The notes under the pieces were generated by a model. The model saw nothing but the letters and a program-made list of their open reading frames with translations, ran no database searches and had not been told where the DNA came from. A DNA stretch of 64,000 nucleotides from Gammaproteobacteria bacterium (GTDB lineage: Bacteria; Pseudomonadota; Gammaproteobacteria; CBDBNL01; JAAOII01): the NCBI GenBank assembly GCA_965207945.1, contig OZ242303.1, positions 1,280,935-1,344,934 on the forward strand, given 5' to 3'. Shown here piece by piece: positions 1 to 8,900 of the stretch. Every line of letters begins with the position of its first letter. Within the stretch, counting starts at the first letter, position 1. Made by a program: the position numbers and the translations under genes.

Positions 1-341
1 AGGTTCATAAAGCCGCGTCCAATCGCCAATATCAAAAATAGCAAACATACTAATAAGTAATGCTGCGTATAAGCAATCAATGGGAAAAATAATAAATTGG
101 CAAGTAAGGCAAATATCAGTAGCTGCTTGAATATGGGAGTGCTGGAAACATAGCGAAAACTTATGATGCCAATGATGTATCCAGCGGGCAACAATAGGAA
201 GATGACGCTCATCTGGGAAATGGATACGTTTGTTTTGGCTGCAAAATAAGGAAGCGAAGGTCCTAATGCCCCTATCAGTATCCCTGCTATAAATATAAAA
301 CAAAAATAAACTGAGGTTTCCAGCAGCAGACGCGAACGCAT
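1..341 (-). CDS. MFS-type transporter, N-terminal part (gene continues past window start)
   Basis: Minus-strand ATG at 341 opens a frame that runs to the window edge: MRSRLLLETSVYFCFIFIAGILIGALGPSLPYF... It is very hydrophobic with a multi-TM pattern typical of an MFS N-terminus. It is absent from the ORF track because it is truncated by the window. Confidence 0.4.
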   Translation of the reverse strand, partial: MRSRLLLETSVYFCFIFIAGILIGALGPSLPYFAAKTNVSISQMSVIFLLLPAGYIIGIISFRYVSSTPIFKQLLIFALLANLLFFPLIAYTQHYLLVCLLFLILAIGRGFMN

Positions 342-559
342 GCCTTGAATATGTGGGAAAAATCCCGCTGCTTTTACTTTAATGTAAGAAAACAAGAAAA
401 TTAGAATTAAACATGCGCCTGTATAGTTATTATATATTACTTTCCGCAATTCCAAGTCAATAATCTACCAATAAATTATTAATTAATTTATAACTTGGCT
501 ATGATTTTTATATTTTTATTAACTATATTAATCCATATAGGTTAAAATAGTTATCTCTC

Positions 560-632
560 GGGCGCTTAGCTCAGCTGGGAGAGCACCGCCCTTACAAGGC
601 GGGGGTCGCAGGTTCAAGCCCTGCAGCGCCCA
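560..632 (+). tRNA. tRNA-Val (anticodon TAC)
   Basis: Cloverleaf recognised by eye. Acceptor stem GGGCGCT/AGCGCCC, D-loop AGCTCAGCTGGGAGAGC, anticodon loop CTTACAA, T-loop GGTTCAAGCC. CCA is not encoded. Confidence 0.85.
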
Positions 633-638
633 TTTGTC

Positions 639-716
639 GGAGCAGTAGCTCAGTTTGGTTAGAGTACCGGCCTGTCACGCCGGGGGTCGCGGGTTCGAGC
701 CCCGTCTGCTCCGCCA
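639..716 (+). tRNA. tRNA-Asp (anticodon GTC)
   Basis: Acceptor stem GGAGCAG/CTGCTCC, anticodon loop CTGTCAC, T-loop GGTTCGAGCC, 3' CCA encoded. A T-rich tract (TTTTTTTCATTTTT) follows. The Val-Asp tRNA pair is a common arrangement. Confidence 0.85.
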
Positions 717-878
717 TTTTTTTCATTTTTAGGCATAATAAAAAAATGAATCCTTTCTATGCATCCGCGCGAGTGTATTCCATCCTCACGCTTGCTACGC
801 TTACAATGCTTGCCGTGCTTGCCACGCTCACCATGCTTGTCGTGCTTACAATACCCCCTTCGGTTTATAATATCTACA

Positions 879-1856
879 ATGTCTACAATATCAATAATGT
901 CAAAACCGAATGATGTAACAGTTATTATCCCCGTGTACAATCGCGCCACTTTGTGCTGGACTGCGATAAACTCCGTGATGCAACAAACCGTGAAACCCCA
1001 TGCCCTAATAATAGTGGATGACGGCTCCACCGATGACACTGCCCGCAGAATTGAAAAATGGATAGCGCAAGAATCGCAACATTTTCCTATAACCCTATTG
1101 AAAGAACAGCACAAAGGCGCCTCTGCTGCCAGAAATGCTGGACTGCAAGAAATGAAAAGGGAATTAGAGATGGAAAGAGCAAGGGAAAGAGTGAGGGAAA
1201 GGAGAATGGGAAGGTCATTGGATATAGAACCCGAAGGTTGTGAGTTTGTCATGTTTTTAGATTCAGACGACCAGCTTCCCGCTGATTTCATTGCCAGATC
1301 CACCCTGCTTCTGCAAGAAAATCCTAGGGCGTCTGCCGTTTCCTGTCCGCGTCTTACTCTGTATAGCGATAAAGTAGTTTTTGATGATTTAGCCGACTTT
1401 GCCCATAGCCCTGTGGAATGGATGCTTTATTATGGTGGCTCAATACTTTCCTGCACTGTATTTCGTAAAGACCGCTTGCCAGGTGATGGCTTTAATGAGG
1501 ACTTTGATGTGGGCGAAGATATGATTTTAGCCGCCGAAGTATATGCCCTTGGCAAATGGTTGGTAGCTGAGGGAGAACCAGTCAAGTTTTATCGCAACCA
1601 TGGCGAAACTAATGAGTCGCCTTGCATTACCGCAGACCATAACCTATCGTCAGTGCTGCAGGGTATTAAAGCCCGCCGCATAATAATGAATTCACCTCCT
1701 TATGATGAAGAGATAGCTGCTTCCTACAAGCACTCCATCCTATCGGATTGGTGGAGGTTAGCAGCACGGCGCAGTGCGGGAGGGTTTGGTAAATACGCAT
1801 TGATTTCTTATTATTACTTTGTGCGCAAGTGGTTATCACGCCTTGCTGGTAATTAA
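879..1856 (+). CDS. family 2 glycosyltransferase
   Basis: TVIIPVYN...IIVDDGSTDDT...DSDD motifs typical of GT2. The true start is probably MSTISIMSKPN (ATG 879 or 897). The upstream part of the track ORF overlaps the tRNA region and is spurious. Confidence 0.7.
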   Translation: MSTISIMSKPNDVTVIIPVYNRATLCWTAINSVMQQTVKPHALIIVDDGSTDDTARRIEKWIAQESQHFPITLLKEQHKGASAARNAGLQEMKRELEMERARERVRERRMGRSLDIEPEGCEFVMFLDSDDQLPADFIARSTLLLQENPRASAVSCPRLTLYSDKVVFDDLADFAHSPVEWMLYYGGSILSCTVFRKDRLPGDGFNEDFDVGEDMILAAEVYALGKWLVAEGEPVKFYRNHGETNESPCITADHNLSSVLQGIKARRIIMNSPPYDEEIAASYKHSILSDWWRLAARRSAGGFGKYALISYYYFVRKWLSRLAGN

Positions 1857-1863
1857 CTCACCA

Positions 1864-3225
1864 ATGGAATTAAATATAGACGCTTGGTATGAGGAACTCA
1901 TCAGCGCAGGTAAGATTAATCCAGACGCCAGACAAAAAGAAGCAGTGGCTATACTGAATGACTTTGCCAACAAACTATCAACAAAGCCCAAGAGTGCTTT
2001 ATCTTCTCGTTTTTTCCCCTCTTGTTTTCTCCCCGCCCGTTTTTTCTCCTCTCTTTTTCCCGCCCGTTTTCTTCCCTCTCATTTTTTCTCCTCCGCTGGG
2101 AAAAAATCCTCTCCTGCCACGGGGGTCTATTTGTATGGCAAAGTAGGACGAGGTAAAACCCTTCTTATGGACGGCTTCTTCCTAACCTTGCCTCTGCAAA
2201 AAAAGAAGCGGGTACACTTTCATTCTTTTATCCGCCATTTCCACGATGAGATGCAGGCATATAGTAAAATTGTTGACGAGGTTGATGGCGGCAGCGCTCA
2301 TAAATTGGGCAAAGAATTGGGCAATAAATCAGGCGATGGAGATACTAATAAAAATTCCCACAAAAACCCCAGCAGAAACTCCAGCAAAAAACACGCCAAA
2401 GCAACAGACGATGCTTTGGTCAAGGTAGCTAAGGATTTAGCGGCAGAGTGCGATGTGTTATGCTTTGATGAATTCCATATCTCAGATATTGCCGATGCTA
2501 TGATAATGTCGCGTCTGCTGGAACAATTACTGGCACTGGGGGTGAGCTTTGTTATGACTTCAAACTACCACCCGCAAGAACTATACCCTAATGGCTTGGC
2601 GCGTCATCTTTTTGTCCCCGCCATAAATCTGATTATGCAACGTTTCACCGTTTTTGCTGTGGATGGCGATGACGATTATCGGCAGCTAAGTTTGCGTGAT
2701 GGTGATGTGTATTTTTATCCGCTGGATGACACGACTAACAACAAGATGACTGAGCTATTTGATAGAATTGCCTGCGGGATTAATCTTACCGCTCAGGTGG
2801 TGTTGCAGGGGCGTCAAGTGGAAGCAGTGAGACGCAGCTCGGATGCAGTGTGGTTTGACTTCGCCACTCTATGCCAAGGGGAACGCTCGCAAGTGGATTA
2901 CTTGCGCTTGGCGGATAGATTCGGCATGGTTTTTCTCTCCGCAGTTCCGCAACTGAATAAGCCGCAACTTGCCGATGCGGCGCGACGTTTTACCTGGTTA
3001 GTAGATATTTTATACGACCGTAAGATAGGGCTGGTGATAAGCGCCGCAGTGCCAACACAGCAGCTTTATGGAGGTGGTGAATCTGGGGAATCTGGCGGGG
3101 GCGGTGCTGGGTCTGGTGGGGGCGGCGAATCTGGTGGAGGCGATGCTGGCGGTGAAAGCGGACGCACTCTAAGCCGCCTAACCGAGATGCAATCTTCGGC
3201 ATATTTGCAATCCTCTATTAAGTAA
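1864..3225 (+). CDS. zapE: ZapE/AFG1-family ATPase with low-complexity insertions and a Gly/Glu/Ser-rich C-terminal tail
   Basis: Walker A GVYLYGKVGRGKTLLMD and Walker B/AFG1 signature LCFDEFHISDIADAMIMSRLL. Unusual inserts: FFPSCFLPARFFSSLFPARF, a Lys/Asn/Ser-rich stretch, and a GGGESGESGGGGAGSGGGGESGGGDAGGESG tail. Confidence 0.75.
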   Translation: MELNIDAWYEELISAGKINPDARQKEAVAILNDFANKLSTKPKSALSSRFFPSCFLPARFFSSLFPARFLPSHFFSSAGKKSSPATGVYLYGKVGRGKTLLMDGFFLTLPLQKKKRVHFHSFIRHFHDEMQAYSKIVDEVDGGSAHKLGKELGNKSGDGDTNKNSHKNPSRNSSKKHAKATDDALVKVAKDLAAECDVLCFDEFHISDIADAMIMSRLLEQLLALGVSFVMTSNYHPQELYPNGLARHLFVPAINLIMQRFTVFAVDGDDDYRQLSLRDGDVYFYPLDDTTNNKMTELFDRIACGINLTAQVVLQGRQVEAVRRSSDAVWFDFATLCQGERSQVDYLRLADRFGMVFLSAVPQLNKPQLADAARRFTWLVDILYDRKIGLVISAAVPTQQLYGGGESGESGGGGAGSGGGGESGGGDAGGESGRTLSRLTEMQSSAYLQSSIK

Positions 3226-3300
3226 ACCTGGAAATAAAGCCGCAACCCCAAACCCACAGCCCCAAAGCCCCACAACGCAGCCCCAAACCCCCAGCAACGC
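3226..3300. repeat. CCCCAAA-like simple repeats (G-tracts on minus strand) in the zapE-leuC intergenic region
   Basis: gcaaccccaaacccacagccccaaagccccacaacgcagccccaaacccccagc. There are at least five C3-5A2-3 units. The complementary strand has runs of G3-5 and could fold as a G-quadruplex. Confidence 0.6.
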
Positions 3301-3373
3301 AAGCATTATACATTTAGGCATAGCACACTATACATATATACGCCAGTTAATTTTTCGTTTATAATATAACCTT

Positions 3374-4798
3374 ATGCAAGCACAAAACAGAACACTTTAC
3401 GACAAACTATGGGATATGCACCTTGTTGCCGAACGCGGAGACGGCTACGCCCTGCTGTACATAGACAGACATCTGGTCCACGAAGTCACCTCGCCCCAAG
3501 CATTTGAGGGGTTGCGCCTGAATGGACGCAAGCCATGGCGTATTGACTCCATCCTTGCCACCGCAGACCACAATGTCCCCACCACTAGCCGCGCCAAAGG
3601 CATTGACGGCATAACCGATAATATATCCAAAATTCAGGTGCAAACTCTGGATGATAACTGCAAACTTTATGGCATCAAAGAACTGGGAATTGACTCGCAA
3701 GAACAAGGAATAGTCCATACCATAGGACCCGAGCTGGGCGCCAGCTTGCCAGGCATGACTATTGTTTGTGGCGACTCGCACACCGCAACTCATGGAGCGC
3801 TGGGCACCCTATCTTATGGCATAGGCACTTCTGAGGTGGAACATGTGCTGGCAACCCAATGCCTGATAGCGCGCAAAAGTAAAAATATGTTCATCCAAGT
3901 TGATAAACAACTGAATAAAGGCGTCTTTGCTAAAGACATAATCCTTGCCATAATTGGCAAGATAGGAACCGCAGGCGGCACTGGCTACACAATTGAATAT
4001 GGCGGCGAGGTGATTCGCTCCCTTAGCATGGAAGGCAGAATGACAATTTGCAATATGTCTATAGAGGCAGGAGCCCGAGCAGGATTAATTGCCACAGACC
4101 AAACCACGATTGATTATGTCAAAGGTCGCCGTTATGCCCCCAAAGATGAGATGTGGAAAAAAGCCCAAGAGTTCTGGCTGAAAAAATTACATAGTGATGA
4201 GGGCGCCAAGTTTGACACTGTGATTGAGATAAATGGCGCAGAGATAGCTCCTCAGGTAACCTGGGGGACTTCGCCAGAGATGGTAACCTCAATTGAAGGC
4301 AAGGTGCCGAACCCTGATGATGCAGATAACGCAGCCAAACAAAATGATTGGAAGCGCGCCTTGGAATATATGGGGCTCAAGCCAGGCACTGCAATGCATG
4401 ACATTAATCTTGACCGCATCTTTATAGGTTCTTGCACCAACTCACGCATTGAGGATTTGCGTGTGGCAGCTGATATTGTCAAGGGCAATAAGGTGGCGAG
4501 TAGCATAAAAGAAGCGTTGGTGGTGCCAAGCTCTGGCATGGTAAAAAAACAGGCGGAGGAAGAGGGGCTGGATAAAATATTCCAAGAAGCAGGATTTCAA
4601 TGGCGCAGCCCTGGCTGCTCTATGTGCTTGGGGATGAACCCCGACCAACTAAGCCCGCAGGAACATTGCGCCGCAACCTCTAATAGAAACTTTGAGGGAC
4701 GGCAAGGAACGGGAGGACGCACTCATTTGGTTAGTCCAGCTATGGCGGCTCTTGCTGCTATTCGCGGGCGTTTCAATGACGTCCGTGAAGTTATATAA
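3374..4798 (+). CDS. leuC: 3-isopropylmalate dehydratase large subunit
   Basis: Full-length aconitase-family LeuC. N-terminus [44 protein letters not shown], Fe-S ligand region [11 protein letters not shown], and [10 protein letters not shown]. Confidence 0.95.
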   Translation: MQAQNRTLYDKLWDMHLVAERGDGYALLYIDRHLVHEVTSPQAFEGLRLNGRKPWRIDSILATADHNVPTTSRAKGIDGITDNISKIQVQTLDDNCKLYGIKELGIDSQEQGIVHTIGPELGASLPGMTIVCGDSHTATHGALGTLSYGIGTSEVEHVLATQCLIARKSKNMFIQVDKQLNKGVFAKDIILAIIGKIGTAGGTGYTIEYGGEVIRSLSMEGRMTICNMSIEAGARAGLIATDQTTIDYVKGRRYAPKDEMWKKAQEFWLKKLHSDEGAKFDTVIEINGAEIAPQVTWGTSPEMVTSIEGKVPNPDDADNAAKQNDWKRALEYMGLKPGTAMHDINLDRIFIGSCTNSRIEDLRVAADIVKGNKVASSIKEALVVPSSGMVKKQAEEEGLDKIFQEAGFQWRSPGCSMCLGMNPDQLSPQEHCAATSNRNFEGRQGTGGRTHLVSPAMAALAAIRGRFNDVREVI

Positions 4799-4821
4799 GT
4801 TATATAAGTTATAGAAAATAG

Positions 4822-5925
4822 GTGTTAATCAGCATAATAATCCCCACCTATAAGGAGGCGCCAAACCTAACTCCTCTATGCACCAGCATAGCCGAAGAGT
4901 TCAACTCCATCAAGTATGAAATTCTCATAATGGATGATGACTCACAGGACGGCTCGGATAAGGTGGTTGCCGAATTGCAAAAGCAGGAAATCCCAGTTAG
5001 CATAATCAACCGCAAGGGGCACAAACGCGGACTTTCTGCAGCAGTGATTGACGGCTTGCGCATTGCCAAAGGGGACTATTGCGCTGTTATGGATGCAGAC
5101 CTCTCTCATCCAGTGTCTTCTATCAAACCAATGTTAGACAAATTGCAACAAGGCGAAGTGGATTTTTGCTTGGGCTCGCGCTATGTTGATGGCGCTTCTA
5201 TTGATATCCAATGGACTCTCAAACGGAGAGTTATCTCTATGGTTGCCACTTTGCTGGCTGTCCCGCTGAGTAAAATTAAAGACCCTATGAGTGGCTTCTT
5301 CCTGCTTGCCAGCAAGAATGTGCCGCCAATAAACAAGCTATCGCCATTGGGATATAAGATTGCTTTGGAACTTATAGTCAAGGGCGGCTTTGACAAGATA
5401 TACGAACATCCCATTCATTTTAGCGAGCGCCTGCATGGCAACAGCAAGATGAATGTGCGGCAACAATTCTATTATCTCAGGCATCTGCGGCGTCTGTACC
5501 AATATAAGTATCCAACAATGTCGGAGTTTTTACAATTTGGCATGGTGGGGGGCAGTGGCTTTGTGGTGGATGTGACATTCTATTATATGTTTCAATCATT
5601 GTTTGGCATGAGTCATCTCGCGGCGCGGGCTGCATCCTTTTGGCTGGGGGCATCATGGAACTGGTACTGGAATCGGACGGTTACATTTTCTGAATACTTC
5701 AAAGCCCACCCAGTAAAACAGTGGCTCAGTTTTGTGTTTGTAAGTATCTTTGGCTTTGTTATCAACTGGGGGCTTTATTCATTGCTAACTATCAATGTTG
5801 CTTTCTTTGATGAATATAGAATACTTGCGCTGTTGCTCGGCGTGTTGGGCGGCATGGGTTTTAACTTTATGTTTTCACGCATCTTTATATTCCGCCATAT
5901 TGAAGAGGATGAGGGGGAGAAATAA
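4822..5925 (+). CDS. GT2 glycosyltransferase with C-terminal GtrA-like membrane domain (dolichol-phosphate-mannose-synthase/ArnC-like)
   Basis: GTG start. IIIPTYKEAPN...LIMDDDSQDGS...DADLSH GT2 motifs, then C-terminal hydrophobic GtrA-like segments. The stop overlaps the valS ATG (TAATG). Confidence 0.75.
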   Translation: MLISIIIPTYKEAPNLTPLCTSIAEEFNSIKYEILIMDDDSQDGSDKVVAELQKQEIPVSIINRKGHKRGLSAAVIDGLRIAKGDYCAVMDADLSHPVSSIKPMLDKLQQGEVDFCLGSRYVDGASIDIQWTLKRRVISMVATLLAVPLSKIKDPMSGFFLLASKNVPPINKLSPLGYKIALELIVKGGFDKIYEHPIHFSERLHGNSKMNVRQQFYYLRHLRRLYQYKYPTMSEFLQFGMVGGSGFVVDVTFYYMFQSLFGMSHLAARAASFWLGASWNWYWNRTVTFSEYFKAHPVKQWLSFVFVSIFGFVINWGLYSLLTINVAFFDEYRILALLLGVLGGMGFNFMFSRIFIFRHIEEDEGEK

Positions 5926-8900
5926 TGGATAAAAACTTCAACTCAAAAGAAATAGAAGCGCGCTGGTCTAAATACTGGGAGGATGAGGACTTGTTTGCCC
6001 CCTCTGGAACTGGCGAGCCCTACTCCATAGTCATCCCTCCTCCCAATGTTACTGGCACTCTACACATGGGGCACGCCTTCCTCAACACCATCATTGACAC
6101 CCTCATCCGCTACCAACGGATGAATGGCAAAAACGTGTTGTGGCAGATGGGCACCGACCACGCCGGCATAGCCACTCAGATGGTAGTGGAAAGACGACTC
6201 GCAGCGCAAGGCAAAGACAAACGGGATATGGGAAGGGAAAAATTCTTAGCGGAAGTGTGGAAGTGGAAAGATATGTCATCGGGCACCATAGAAAAACAAC
6301 TACGCCGACTTGGCGCCTCAGTGGATTGGAAAACCAGCAGGTTCACTATGGACGATGCCTACATCAACTCGGTTATTGAAGCATTTGTGCGCCTACACGA
6401 GAAGGGCTTGGTGTATCGCAGCAAACGTCTGGTTAACTGGGACCCAGTCCTACAAACCGCAGTATCCGATTTAGAAGTGCGCGCCGTAGAAGAACCCTCT
6501 ACCCTATATTACATCCGTTATCCGTTCGTAGACGACCCTACTAACAAATCCTGCATGGTCATATCAACCACCCGACCAGAAACAACCCTGGCGGACGGCG
6601 CAGTTGCCGTCCACCCCGATGACGAACGTTATAAATCAGCGGTAGGCAGAATGGTGCGTGTCCCCGGCACCGACAGAATCATCCCCGTAATAGCCGATGA
6701 ATATGTAAAACCCGACTTCGGCTCCGGCTGTGTAAAAATAACTCCAGCACACGACTTCAACGATTACGAAGTGGGTCAAAGGCATACCATGGAAACAATA
6801 AACCTATTCACCAAAGACGCCCACCTCAACGAAAACGCCCCGCCCGCCTACAGAGGCATGGATAGATATGAAGCCCGCACCAAGATTGTGCAGGACTTCA
6901 AACAACAAGGACTCCTCGCAAAAGAAGAAAAGCACAGCTACAGCCCACCACGTGGCGACCGCAGTGGCGTTATATTGGAGCCGTATCTAACCGACCAATG
7001 GTTCATCAAGATGGACACCATGGCACAGCGCGCCATCAAGGCAGTGCAGGACGGCGAAACAAAGTTCGTCTCACCAATGTGGGAAAAAGTATATTACAAC
7101 TGGCTCAACGAAATCCAGGACTGGTGCGTAAGCCGCCAACTATGGTGGGGACACCGCATCCCCGCTTGGTATGATGAGGACGGCAAGCCGTATGTGGGAC
7201 GCAGCCAAGAAGAAGTGCGCGCCAAACACAACCTTGATAGCAGCGTGAAACTGCGCCAGGACGAAGATGTGCTTGATACCTGGTTCTCCTCAGCACTATG
7301 GACTTTTGCCACCATGGGCTGGCCCCATGAAAGTGGCGGGAATGAAAGCGGCGGAAAAGAAAACAACAGACAACAAACCTTCAACCCCACTGATTTATTA
7401 GTAACTGGTTTTGATATTATCTTCTTCTGGGTAGCAAGAATGATTATGGCAACCCTATGCCTAAAAGACGAAGTCCCCTTCCGCAATGTCTACATCCACG
7501 GACTAGTGCGCGACGGCGAAGGACAAAAGATGTCTAAATCCAAAGGGAACATCTTAGACCCTCTGGATATTATTGACGGAGTTGAACTGGAAGAACTACT
7601 GCGCAAACGCACCACAGACATGATGCAGCCAGACAAAGAAAAATCCATAGCCGCCGCCACCAAGAAACACTTCCCCGATGGCATCGCCGAACACGGCACC
7701 GACGCCCTAAGATTTACCTTCTGCGCTATGGCATCAACTGGACGCGACCTCAACTTTGACACATCCCGCTGCATCGGCTACCGCAACTTCTGCAATAAAC
7801 TATGGAATGCAACTCGTTATGTCCTGATGCAGTGCACAGATGCAGACAGAATGGCTGCCACAGACAAACCAACAGGCACCTCCAATATCATTGACCAATA
7901 CATGCAATGGCATTTTGAAATAGTCACCACTGAAATTAGAAATTCACTGGACAACTACCGTATTGACCTAGCAGCCCAAGCCCTCTATGAGTTTGTATGG
8001 CACGAATTCTGCAACTGGTACATCGAATTCACCAAACCAATCTTAGCAGGCGATGACGAACAAGCAAAAGCATCTACCAAGCAAGGACTACTAAGCATGT
8101 TAGACAACATTCTGCACTTAGCCCATCCCTTTATTCCCTTCATCACCGAAGAGACATGGCAACACCTGCATGCAGGGAATAAAAGTAAAAGTGTAAAGAG
8201 CATTATGGTGAGCCAATTCCCACAACATGCTCCCAAAAGTACTGAAGAAATAGATAAAGGAAATAAAAAATTTGCCGCAGTCGCCTGGATGAAAGAGTTC
8301 CTTCAAGGAGTTCGTGTTCTACGCAGTGAATTAAACATCTCCCCCAGCATCTCACTGGAGTTAATATTAGTTAGCGATGATAAAAATGAAGCACGATGGT
8401 TGGAAGAATATGCAGACATAATAAAGCCAATAATCAAATGCAATAAGTTAAGCTCACTAACAACTACTTCTACTAAAAAACCAGCAGCAATAGCCCGCTT
8501 AGCAGGAAAAGGCGAGGTCTTGATGCCAATAACGGCAAACAATCGACCGGGCATCAACAGAGAAGAAGAAGAAAAAAGATTACGGAAAAAGCTTACTATT
8601 GCTGAAGAGAATATCGTCAAACTCAACAACAAACTCAACAACAAAGGATTCACCAATAAAGCTCCTGACAACATAGTTAAAGGAGTTGAAAGAAAACTAG
8701 AAGAACAGGAAGACGCCTGGAATAAAATTAGCACGCAACGTATAGATTTTATAAAAGCTATGAACTCTCTTGATAAAGACAAGGATACTGTCCACGATAA
8801 TGTTGCAGATATGCTCAAGAAAGCTTCACAGATTCCAATAAATTATGCAGATATGCTCAATAATATTTCGCAGACTCAAAAGAATTATGCAGATATGCTC

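Noticed and set aside
780-860. Short gcttgc / cgtgcttac heptamer-like repeats upstream of the GT2 gene
   Set aside because: They could be a promoter or operator array, but there is no clear symmetry or spacing. Not enough evidence to call a regulatory site.
659-1303. 214-aa minus-strand ORF and nested 61-aa ORF (1058-1243)
   Set aside because: They overlap tRNA-Asp and run antisense to the GT2 gene. Low-complexity translation, so called spurious.
4790-4813. Three tandem copies of agttatataa at the leuC stop
   Set aside because: A tiny simple repeat of uncertain significance. It might be a slippage remnant.
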